Shown here: piece by piece, positions 9,741 to 18,342 of the stretch
How the letters are laid out: each line of letters opens with the position of its first letter
Numbering within the stretch: position 1 is the stretch's first letter
Source: an uncultured Thermoplasmata archaeon
GTDB lineage: Archaea > Thermoplasmatota > Thermoplasmata > UBA10834
NCBI GenBank assembly: GCA_963719945.1
Contig: CAVRDX010000001.1
Location: forward strand, 520,578-584,577
Reading direction: 5' to 3'
DNA: 64,000 bases
Translations under genes and position numbers: made by a program
Notes under the pieces: model-generated
Database searches by the model: none
What the model was told of the DNA's origin: nothing
Seen by the model: only the letters and a program-made list of their open reading frames with translations

Positions 9741-10577
9741 TCAAATCCTCGCATCGAACGAAGGGACAGCCTGCATTATCTTGAGGATTGATTTTGGAAC
9801 CTTCTTATGAGAGTCTACGATTATCCCGCTCCTTGTGATGCTCATCGGTCGGGGTTGAGTGTCATGGGCCGATCCTCGAAATTTCTCGATTGTCACGAAT
9901 CTCTCAGTCTTCGACGCGACCATGAGCTTGTGGAATCTTATCATACCCCTTGCCATGAGTGTCTCAGGCTCCATCGACGTAGGGTCAGGCATGTCCGTTA
10001 TCAGGATACAAGTGACATTTGACTCTGAAAGGAATCTCAGCAATGACATGACCCCCATATCCACATCATCTTCTCCACCGGATAGCCGCTTCAATGACGT
10101 CATCGAATCGATGACGACACGTGAGTATCTTACTTCCTGCAGCTCCTGCCGAAGCATCATCTGAAGCGATTGCGGAGATAGGTCAGGTGAGACCTGTTTC
10201 ATGGCCTCTGCGCGACCATCCTGTCGAGCTTCTCGAAGCGATCCCACGCTCCTCTGCGCGCCAACTTCCACAAGCGAGTCTTTCCTATTGTAGGCTTTTG
10301 CGGAAGGATGAACGTCAAGTATCCGTATCTTCCCTACGTCCCAGCCCAGGAATCTCACATTCTCCCTAAGCTCGGATGGAGGTTCGTCTATCGACACGAA
10401 AAGCGCCCTCTCGCCCTGTCTGACCCCCTGTTGAAGGAATTGTATGCTAAACGTGGTCTTGCCGCTGCCTGTCGTGCCTGCCACCACATAAGGGCGGCCA
10501 GCTATCAACCCGCCCTTTAGCATGTCATCCATCCCAGGGATGCCAGTGCTCATCCTAGTCTGTTTATCTTGAGTCAT
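9741..10577 (-). CDS. KaiC-like / RecA-superfamily ATPase (single domain)
   Basis: 'MTQDKQTRMSTGIPGMDDMLKGGLIAGRPYVVAGTTGSGKTTFSIQF' (Walker A) and 'RVVIDSMTSL' (Walker B). The start at 10577 mirrors the paralog's N-terminus. The longer ORF-track start (10886) overlaps the paralog's tail in another frame. Confidence 0.8.
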   Translation of the reverse strand: MTQDKQTRMSTGIPGMDDMLKGGLIAGRPYVVAGTTGSGKTTFSIQFLQQGVRQGERALFVSIDEPPSELRENVRFLGWDVGKIRILDVHPSAKAYNRKDSLVEVGAQRSVGSLREARQDGRAEAMKQVSPDLSPQSLQMMLRQELQEVRYSRVVIDSMTSLKRLSGGEDDVDMGVMSLLRFLSESNVTCILITDMPDPTSMEPETLMARGMIRFHKLMVASKTERFVTIEKFRGSAHDTQPRPMSITRSGIIVDSHKKVPKSILKIMQAVPSFDARI

Positions 10578-11613
10578 CTGGATCTCCACCTCCATAAGGA
10601 CCATCAATTCGATCGGATGATGGCGATACTGGCAATGCCTTGTCCTCTGGCGGAGGAGGCAATTCCTCTGGGACGACCTCCGGTGGCGGTCTTCCATCCT
10701 CAGGTGGAGGAGGCTCGCTATTCGAAGGCTCGGATGCAGGCTTTGATATCTCAGAAGATTCAGCTGCAGCTCCAGTTGCTTCTGCATCTTTCGACTCATC
10801 CATAGTATCTGGGGATTCCGCCTCTTCTTCCTTCGGTTTCTCCTTCTTCTTTGGTGTGTTGACCTTGATATGGACGCCAGTATCATCCAGTTTCATGGAA
10901 CGCATGGAGGAATCGTGGGACGACCCTCTGTATTTCTCGATGGTTGCGCCCCTCACCAGACCTCGTCCGTCGAACCATTTATACAGCCTTATCTCGCCCC
11001 GAGCCATGTGCGACTCAGCGTCTGGTTTGGAAATCTCTGGCAGCTCTACCGTCAGGATAGTCGTTATTCCTAGGTCAGACAGCAATCTGAAGAATGATTG
11101 GAGGATCAGATACTCCTCACTTGTGCGTATGTAGAATCGCCTAAGAGATGTGACGGAATCAACCACTACTCGGGAGTACTTCCTTATCTTCATCTCTTGT
11201 TTCAGCAGTTCCTGAATGGTGTTTATAGTCATGTCAGAAGGACCTTTCTCGGATGTTTTTCGTATGTTATCTGGGAGGTCTCTGAACATCACGACTCTTC
11301 TCTCAGTCGAGATATCTCGCACAGGCGTCTTATCGTAGCTCAGGACGTCAGGCGTCCCATCGAACACGAATATTTTGGAGATATCCCATCCGAACGAGGT
11401 CATATTGGCCCTCACCTCGTTAGGGGGTTCATCTATTGCCACGTACAATACCTGTTCACCATTCATGGCACCTTCCATCAGGAATCGCATGGCAATGGCA
11501 GTCTTGCCAGTACCAGCTGTACCAGAGACTATGTATGGCCGAGCGGGGATCAATCCGCCTTCAAGCATCTCATCGATACCTGGTATTCCAATCTCGACTT
11601 TGTCCTTGATCAT
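10564..11613 (-). CDS. KaiC-like / RecA-superfamily ATPase with ~95-aa Pro/Glu-rich C-terminal tail
   Basis: 'MIKDKVEIGIPGIDEMLEGGLIPARPYIVSGTAGTGKTAIAMRF' and 'RVVVDSVTSL'. The tail reads 'PKKKEKPKEEEAESPD...PPPPEDGRPPPEVVPEELPPPPED'. Confidence 0.85.
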   Translation of the reverse strand: MIKDKVEIGIPGIDEMLEGGLIPARPYIVSGTAGTGKTAIAMRFLMEGAMNGEQVLYVAIDEPPNEVRANMTSFGWDISKIFVFDGTPDVLSYDKTPVRDISTERRVVMFRDLPDNIRKTSEKGPSDMTINTIQELLKQEMKIRKYSRVVVDSVTSLRRFYIRTSEEYLILQSFFRLLSDLGITTILTVELPEISKPDAESHMARGEIRLYKWFDGRGLVRGATIEKYRGSSHDSSMRSMKLDDTGVHIKVNTPKKKEKPKEEEAESPDTMDESKDAEATGAAAESSEISKPASEPSNSEPPPPEDGRPPPEVVPEELPPPPEDKALPVSPSSDRIDGPYGGGDPDDSR

Positions 11614-11858
11614 CTCGAGCCCCAGCCCCGCGCCGGATATAGCGTAACTGCACCATCCGATTTAGAATCAGGATGCTTATATTTTTCCATCAGAATCCAA
11701 ATGATGAGAATTATGGTCATGACAATGAAGATTTTACCGTTAAAACGGATGTTTTATTAGTGGAGATGGAAATACGCCTTGTAGCTGGCTTCGTGCTCGA
11801 ATCATGGTCATAAATGACCGATTTACTCATGAATCAAGCCCATCGATGGTGATAGATC

Positions 11859-13148
11859 ATGTCAGACAAACCGGGCGAATCCGGAATCCTGGGCAAATTG
11901 AGGAGCTCAGTACTTCTATCAAGGGATTTTTCAATACTCATGATGGGACTCATGGTCGTCAGCCTTGGCTTTGGGCTCCTCGCACCTATCATACCAGATT
12001 TGGCGAGGCGGCTGGGGATAAGCGATGGTGCCATGGGAGGCATCTTTGCTCTCTACTTCGTCGCTCTCGTCCTCGCAATGCCCCCTTCCGGATACCTAGC
12101 AGACAAGGTCGGCAGGAAGAAGATGATAATCGGAGGACTCATCGTCTTCAGTGTAACCACATTTGCACTTGCCTTCGTGACTGATGCGCTCCAGTTCGCT
12201 GTGCTTAGGTCTATCGAGGGAGTCGGCGCTGCGATGATGGCTCCAGCATCATTCGCTCTGACAGTAGATATCGTCCCTGAGGACAAGCGGGCAACCGCGA
12301 TGGGTATCGAAGGGACGGCTCAAGTAATCGGTGTCTTCGCCGGACCTGCAATTGGAGGTTATGTCGCAGGAGAGATCAATTTCTACTATCCATTTTACAT
12401 CGGGGCGGGATTATCCATCATATGCGCATTGATCGTCAGCTTTGTAAGGGAACCTGAAATCATCCAGACCGATGAGCACCCATCACTGTTGACAATGTTC
12501 GGTGCATGGAAGAGAAATGTGCAAGCCAATCGGACCATGATCGCTCTCACCGTCAGAGGCTTGGTCATGGGCGTCGTTCAAGGATTGTTCATGCTCGGCA
12601 TCATCCTGTACTGGCGGGATGAGATAGACATGTCGCTCACACAGGTTGGGATTGCGATGTCCATTGGGACAGCTGTCATGGCCGCAGGCACGCTATACTT
12701 CGGGACTTTGTCGGACAAGTATGGGAGAGTGCCATTCATCCTCGTGGGAGGGACACTTATGGCAGCCGGCCTCGCGGCCATGGTATTTGCTGAAAATGTC
12801 ATGCACATCTATCTCCTTGTCGCCATCTCAGACCTCGGAGCTGCTATCTCAAATCCCTCTGTGGGAGCGCTACTTGCAGATACCATGCTGAAGGAGGAGC
12901 GCGGACGGGTAATGGGTGCATATCAGACGGTCCAAGGCATCGGAAGCATCATCGGTCTGACAGGTCTCGGCATCGTATATGATAGCATAAATCATGATAT
13001 GCCGATCATCATTGGAGCACTGGCCCTGGCGGTCGCGACGACAATCATAGCCATATATATCAGAGATAAGAGAAAACTGCCCTCTTCGGAAGCGAACGTC
13101 GCTTCATCGAACACCTCTGCAATCAGATCAACACCAAGAGACGAATGA
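11859..13148 (+). CDS. MFS transporter
   Basis: About 12 hydrophobic segments and an MFS motif-A-like 'GYLADKVGRKKMI' between TM2 and TM3. Confidence 0.85.
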   Translation: MSDKPGESGILGKLRSSVLLSRDFSILMMGLMVVSLGFGLLAPIIPDLARRLGISDGAMGGIFALYFVALVLAMPPSGYLADKVGRKKMIIGGLIVFSVTTFALAFVTDALQFAVLRSIEGVGAAMMAPASFALTVDIVPEDKRATAMGIEGTAQVIGVFAGPAIGGYVAGEINFYYPFYIGAGLSIICALIVSFVREPEIIQTDEHPSLLTMFGAWKRNVQANRTMIALTVRGLVMGVVQGLFMLGIILYWRDEIDMSLTQVGIAMSIGTAVMAAGTLYFGTLSDKYGRVPFILVGGTLMAAGLAAMVFAENVMHIYLLVAISDLGAAISNPSVGALLADTMLKEERGRVMGAYQTVQGIGSIIGLTGLGIVYDSINHDMPIIIGALALAVATTIIAIYIRDKRKLPSSEANVASSNTSAIRSTPRDE

Positions 13149-13220
13149 GCAGGTACTCCCTGGAAATTCCTGATAACCTTTTATATGCGCATCGGCTTTT
13201 CTCAGAATTGCCGATTGACC

Positions 13221-14876
13221 ATGCCAGTAATCAATTTCAGCTATTCCGATCTATGCCACTTGCTAGGAATGCAGGTCTCCAGGCAGACACTCCGAGAGAA
13301 GCTTCCCATGATGGGTGCGGACCTCAACTCAGTCGATGAAGGATCCGATGATGTCTCTTTCGAGTTCTTTCCAGATCGACCGGACCTCTACTCAGTAGAA
13401 GGAATCGCAAGAGCCCTTCGTGCATTCCTTGGCAAAGAAACTGGCCTCAAATCGTATCCTGTCACCCGTTCAGATGTTTCGGTCCTTGTCGATCCGAGCG
13501 TGGACCAAGTTCGACCATATATCTGGACAGCGATCGTCGAGGGGAATCGAATAGATGACGCATTGATACGGTCCATGATGGACCTGCAGGAGAAGCTGCA
13601 CATAACCCTGGGACGGAACAGAAGAAAGGTAGCCATAGGACTTCACGACATCAAGGAAGTGAAACCACCATTCACCTACAAAGCGGTGGGACCGGACGAG
13701 ATATCGTTCTTTCCACTGCAGGGTTCTCGAGAGATGAGTCTGAAGGAAATCCTAGAAGAACATGAGAAAGGAAAAGCTTATTCGTTCGTGCTTGAAGGGA
13801 AGGATAAGTATCCGATTATCCTCGACCGAGAAGGAAAGGTGCTCTCATTTCCACCAATAATAAATGGGATCACGACAGCAGTCACTGATAATACGAGAGA
13901 CATCTTCGTCGATTGTACGGGGACTGACGCGAATGCAGTTATGGCCGCAGTGAATATCATCGCAACGGCACTCGCAGAGCGCGGAGGGAGCATCAAATCA
14001 GTTTCCATGCAGCAGGGCGGCAGCAGCGCCAGTGCACCGAATCTCGAGCCGCGCATCATGAACCTCGAGATAGACTATGTAAAGCGCCTCATCGGCATTG
14101 ATTTGGATGCTAGAGAAATGACTGAGTGTCTCGCAAGAATGGGCTATGGTGCCACATCAGGTGATGATGGACTCCAGGTCCTCATTCCTGCATACAGAGC
14201 AGATATCATCCATCCTGCTGACCTGGCAGAGGACGTCGCTATCGGATACGGCTTTGACAAATTCGGCGCTGAACTCCCACGAAAAGCGACTTTTGGCGTA
14301 GAGGATCCAACCATTGGATTCTCTTCAAGAGTACGACCCATTCTGACGGGGCTTGGATACCTCGAGATTGTAACCCTGTCCCTTTCAAATCCAAGAGATC
14401 AATACGAATTCTTGGGCCTGCCGGTTAGAGACGACGCGGTGCGCATCATGAACCCCGTCAGTGAGGATCATGTCCAGATACGCACGTCACTCCTACCGAG
14501 CATATTGACCATTCTCAGAAAGAACAAGCACCGTGAACTTCCGCAGAGAGTTTTCGAAATTGGGGACACGGTCATCAACCATAGAAACTTGACATATCTA
14601 TCAGGAGCATCCATACATGCAAAAGCGAGCTTCACAGAATGCAAATCAGACATACAATCATTAATGACTGCGCTCGGTCTCTCAGTGACCGTCGAGAAGA
14701 TGGATAATAAGGCATTTGCCGATGGCAGATGCGCTGCGATCAGGCACGCTTCAGGCCTTCTCGGCGTATTCGGAGAATTGGCCCCTTCGACTATCGAGTC
14801 GTTTGAACTCGGTTATCCAATCGCAGCATTTGAGTTCGATCTTGAATTGATAATCAGGGCAAGAAGATCACGATGA
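13221..14876 (+). CDS. pheT: Phenylalanine--tRNA ligase beta subunit (archaeal type)
   Basis: 'MPVINFSYSDLCHLLG...PDRPDLYSVEGIARALRAFLG' B3/B4 layout typical of archaeal PheT. The ATG at 13221 gives the canonical N-terminus. Confidence 0.9.
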   Translation: MPVINFSYSDLCHLLGMQVSRQTLREKLPMMGADLNSVDEGSDDVSFEFFPDRPDLYSVEGIARALRAFLGKETGLKSYPVTRSDVSVLVDPSVDQVRPYIWTAIVEGNRIDDALIRSMMDLQEKLHITLGRNRRKVAIGLHDIKEVKPPFTYKAVGPDEISFFPLQGSREMSLKEILEEHEKGKAYSFVLEGKDKYPIILDREGKVLSFPPIINGITTAVTDNTRDIFVDCTGTDANAVMAAVNIIATALAERGGSIKSVSMQQGGSSASAPNLEPRIMNLEIDYVKRLIGIDLDAREMTECLARMGYGATSGDDGLQVLIPAYRADIIHPADLAEDVAIGYGFDKFGAELPRKATFGVEDPTIGFSSRVRPILTGLGYLEIVTLSLSNPRDQYEFLGLPVRDDAVRIMNPVSEDHVQIRTSLLPSILTILRKNKHRELPQRVFEIGDTVINHRNLTYLSGASIHAKASFTECKSDIQSLMTALGLSVTVEKMDNKAFADGRCAAIRHASGLLGVFGELAPSTIESFELGYPIAAFEFDLELIIRARRSR

Positions 14877-14892
14877 TTGTGGATCATCACCT

Positions 14893-14979
14893 GCTGAGGT
14901 AGCTAAGCCCGGTTCACGGCGCCAGCCTTGAGAGTTGGTGGTACTACGTACCACGGGAGTTCAAATCTCCCCCTCAGCG
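14893..14979 (+). tRNA. tRNA-Ser (anticodon TGA)
   Basis: Acceptor GCTGAGG/CCTCAGC, anticodon arm CCAGC-CTTGAGA-GTTGG, long variable arm GGTAC-TAC-GTACC, T arm GGGAG-TTCAAAT-CTCCC. No encoded CCA. Confidence 0.9.
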
Positions 14980-15065
14980 CTCAATCCACTCCTGCAACAA
15001 CATATAATATCCCTAATCCTCATTAACAATGTCAATCGATGTTCGAATTGAGGGAGGCATAATTC

Positions 15066-17690
15066 CTGATTCGCGTACTCCTCGTGGACGATGAGCCTCA
15101 GCTCCTAGAACTCGCAAGATTCTTTCTCGATAAACAGGGCCAATTCACGGTCGATACGGCGACATCCGCGAAAGACGCTCTGAAAAAAATCTCCAAGGGT
15201 GGGCTAGATGCGATCGTCTCAGATTACCAGATGTCAGAGATGGATGGCATAGAATTCCTGAAAGTCCTCAGAGCGCAGAATAATGACATCCCATTCATCC
15301 TATTCACAGGACGAGGCAGGGAAGATGTCGCCATAGAGGCGCTCAATTCCGGCGCGAACTTCTATCTGCAGAAAGGAGGCGACCCGAAGTCTCAGTTCGC
15401 AGAACTGGCCAACATGGTGAAATCATCCGTCGAGAAGATCCACGATAGACAGGAACTCATGGAGTCAGAGCGCCGATTCAGAAGCATGCTTGCCAATATC
15501 CATCATGCAGCCCTCGTCCTCGATAAGGATGGCAATATCACATATTGCAATGATCATTTGCTCAAGATTATTGGCTATGAATCTCATGAGCTGATGGGTC
15601 GAAACGCAACCGAGATATTTCTCTCACCTGAAAAGAGGGAGGAGTTTCGAGAAGAGCAACGACGAGTGATGGACCTCGGCACATACCCTACAGGAATCCA
15701 ATATGAGACCATCTTGAATACAAAGACCGGAGGGAAAGTCCTGATTGGATGGGACTCAACTGCACTCAGAGACCGAGATGGGAATCCAATCGGTACTGCA
15801 AGCATAGGCGAGGACATAACACAGAAACGGAAGGTAGAGGAAGAACTAAGGCGATCAGAATCACAGTACCGAAGACTCGCTGTCACAGCGCCCTGCCTCA
15901 TCTGTGCATTATCTCCAGATGGTCAGACCATTTTTGTCAATGATTATGTCGAGGCATTGAGCGGTTACAAACCATCCGAACTCATAGGCAAGAATTGGCT
16001 GGATATATTCTATCCAGACGACCTTCACAACCAGATTGACGAACTCTTTCGCTTGTTCGAGCAGGGGGATGTTGAGAACCACGAGATGACCCTCCGTGCC
16101 AAGGACGGCAGCCTGCACACCGTCGTCTGGAATTCATTCAATGCATGGTCTGAGGATGGTACCCAGCTCATTGAGATAAATGGCGCGGGACTGGATGTCA
16201 CATCAAGGAAGAGAACGGAGGACGCACTCAGAGAGAGTGGCGCATTCAATCGTGCGGTACTAGATTCACTTGATGCAAACATAGCCGTACTTGATAGGAG
16301 AGGAGACATCGTCGCTGTCAATCGTGGCTGGTGGATGTTCGCCAGGGAGAACAAAGGAGACAGTAGTAAAGTAGGGGTGGGAGCGAACTACCTCGACGAA
16401 TGTGATAAGGCATCGAGTGACGTCCAAGAAGCTCGCACCATGCGCAATGGCATAGTCTCAGTTCTTAGCGGAGAGAATGAATCCTTCACGCTTGAATACT
16501 CAGGCGAAGTCAATAGTGAAGAGCGATGGTTCTTGGCGCAGATCAATTCGCTGCAAAGGAAGCGGGGAGGGGCGGTCGTATCGCACATCGATGTGACAAA
16601 GCGCAAGATGGCACAGAAAGAGTTAGCCCAAAGCGAAGATCGCTATAGAACCATCTTCGAGACGGTTGGTGATTCGCTCATAATTGCGGACAATACTTCG
16701 ACAGCAATTCTAGTCAACTCCGAATTCGAGAAGGTTTCTGGCTACCAGAAATTCGATGTCGAGGGGAAGATGAACCTAGCAGATTTCTTCGCAGAGCACG
16801 ATGTGAAGACCCTCATAGACATCGCTAAGAAGAAGAGAGACGATCCTGTGTCAACAATTCAGCCACATGAATTCAGAACTAAGGACAAATTTGGAAACGA
16901 GAAGGCTTTCATGGCGACTGTGTCTATTCTTCCGACATCGGAACGCATCGTGATATCCTTGGTAGACCAGACTGAGAGGAAATATTACGAAGATGCGCTT
17001 GAGCAGGTCAGGCGAAAGATGGACATTCTCAGCAAAATCACTCGGCACGACATTCTAAACCAGCTTTCTGTGATATATGGATATGTGGATTTGGCGAGCG
17101 ATCAGACAACCGATATGAAGCTCTCGGGGACATTAGAGCGATTGCATCTGGCTACCGATTCAATAAAGCACCATCTGGAATTTGCCAGGGACTATCAGAA
17201 CATGGGGACGAAGAGACCGCAATGGGTGGATGTCAGAGCAGCCTGTAAGAGGGCGGCAAGCAACATGGACACGAAAGATGTCTCCGTAGTCATCGAACTG
17301 AGGGACCTGGAGGTGTTCACGGATCCTATGCTGGAGAAGGTCTTCTACAACTTGCTCGATAACTCAATCAGACATGGTGGCGACGTCAAGAGTGTCAAAT
17401 TCGCCTTCGTACGTGACCGACAGGGCATGAGGATAATCTGCCAAGATGATGGAATCGGAATCCCAGTGGAGCGCAAGACTGCGATATTCAAAAGAGACGA
17501 TGGCAGGGAAGGGGAGCAGCGCGGCTACGGTCTATACCTTGCCAAGGAGATATTGGGCATCACGGGCATGACAATATCTGAAAATGGAACGCCGGGCGAG
17601 TGTGCTAGGTTCGTCATTCACATTCCTCAAGGCAAGTATAGGACTAAGCCTCCTTTGAGAAGACGCAGAAATCAAAAATCAGCGTATTGA
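15066..17690 (+). CDS. Hybrid sensor: N-terminal receiver (REC) + multiple PAS domains + histidine kinase
   Basis: REC 'RVLLVDDEPQ...SDYQMSEMDGIEFLK', PAS repeats, H-box 'ITRHDILNQL', ATPase 'GYGLYLAKEILGITGMTISENGTPGECARF'. The 5' end is uncertain: the track starts at GTG 15084, which would delete REC strand beta-1 (see finding). Confidence 0.8.
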   Translation: MIRVLLVDDEPQLLELARFFLDKQGQFTVDTATSAKDALKKISKGGLDAIVSDYQMSEMDGIEFLKVLRAQNNDIPFILFTGRGREDVAIEALNSGANFYLQKGGDPKSQFAELANMVKSSVEKIHDRQELMESERRFRSMLANIHHAALVLDKDGNITYCNDHLLKIIGYESHELMGRNATEIFLSPEKREEFREEQRRVMDLGTYPTGIQYETILNTKTGGKVLIGWDSTALRDRDGNPIGTASIGEDITQKRKVEEELRRSESQYRRLAVTAPCLICALSPDGQTIFVNDYVEALSGYKPSELIGKNWLDIFYPDDLHNQIDELFRLFEQGDVENHEMTLRAKDGSLHTVVWNSFNAWSEDGTQLIEINGAGLDVTSRKRTEDALRESGAFNRAVLDSLDANIAVLDRRGDIVAVNRGWWMFARENKGDSSKVGVGANYLDECDKASSDVQEARTMRNGIVSVLSGENESFTLEYSGEVNSEERWFLAQINSLQRKRGGAVVSHIDVTKRKMAQKELAQSEDRYRTIFETVGDSLIIADNTSTAILVNSEFEKVSGYQKFDVEGKMNLADFFAEHDVKTLIDIAKKKRDDPVSTIQPHEFRTKDKFGNEKAFMATVSILPTSERIVISLVDQTERKYYEDALEQVRRKMDILSKITRHDILNQLSVIYGYVDLASDQTTDMKLSGTLERLHLATDSIKHHLEFARDYQNMGTKRPQWVDVRAACKRAASNMDTKDVSVVIELRDLEVFTDPMLEKVFYNLLDNSIRHGGDVKSVKFAFVRDRQGMRIICQDDGIGIPVERKTAIFKRDDGREGEQRGYGLYLAKEILGITGMTISENGTPGECARFVIHIPQGKYRTKPPLRRRRNQKSAY

Positions 17691-17819
17691 GGGATTAGGA
17701 ATCATCAAAACCCTGTTCCCTTCAGAGATAACACCGAGATAAAACGCGACATATCGCATACATTTATGTGCGCTCACGCGCATTCTGTATTGTCCGATAG
17801 GATACGGGATGGGAAACGA

Positions 17820-18107
17820 ATGTGTAAGTACAGCTACCTTAGCGGAGCTTGTGCTAACCGCCACATAGATAGCCTTGAATGCGTCGGAGAGAATGAGTGC
17901 AAGTTCTCGGATATGAACATACTCACCAAGAGAACGACATCGCAATCCAATGCCGAATGTGGAGCCGACAAATGGCTAGGGCTCTATTGTGAGAAGTACA
18001 AACGATTCTTCTGTGCCGGGAAAGACAATTGCGCAACCCCTGATTCATACATGACCCACTTCAGCGAGCATCAGGATAGACTTTTCAAGAGATTCGAGGA
18101 GGAATGA
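17820..18107 (+). CDS. Small Cys-rich protein A (two C-x7-9-C-x5-C modules), hypothetical
   Basis: 'MCKYSYLSGACANRH...CVGENEC...YCEKYKRFFCAGKDNCATPDSY'. The ATG at 17820 gives the same 'MC-x8-C-x3-H' N-terminus as the downstream paralog. A TATA-like 'catttatg' lies ~55-60 nt upstream. Confidence 0.55.
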   Translation: MCKYSYLSGACANRHIDSLECVGENECKFSDMNILTKRTTSQSNAECGADKWLGLYCEKYKRFFCAGKDNCATPDSYMTHFSEHQDRLFKRFEEE

Positions 18108-18141
18108 TATCCTGCATTGTAAACACCTCAGCAAGAACGGC

Positions 18142-18342
18142 ATGTGCGAGGGGAAATACTCCGGATATGCGTGCATCCGAACGCATTGCGCGATAGTCCG
18201 TGAATCCAAGTTGTGCGAGCACCACGACATCTCAGGAGATTATTGCAGGAAATATGCTAGATTCGGGTGCGTCGGCAAGGGAAACTGTGAATCAGCCGAA
18301 GATTATCTTGATTCGATATGCGAGGACGAGCAGACATCCTAG
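18142..18342 (+). CDS. Small Cys-rich protein B (paralog of 17820-18107), hypothetical
   Basis: 'MCEGKYSGYACIRTHC...DYCRKYARFGCVGKGNCESAEDY' is colinear with protein A. Confidence 0.55.
   Translation: MCEGKYSGYACIRTHCAIVRESKLCEHHDISGDYCRKYARFGCVGKGNCESAEDYLDSICEDEQTS

Noticed and set aside
10569-11134. Region open in several frames on both strands, including the Arg/Lys-rich 100-aa N-terminal extension of ORF 9741..10886 ('HQRRRRNRRKKRRNPQ') and a Gly/Ser-rich plus-strand ORF
   Set aside because: This is a compositional artefact of the GAA/GAG/CCT-rich sequence that encodes the Pro/Glu tail of the upstream KaiC-like gene. The KaiC-like domain of the downstream gene begins only at 'MTQDKQ', matching its paralog's N-terminus.
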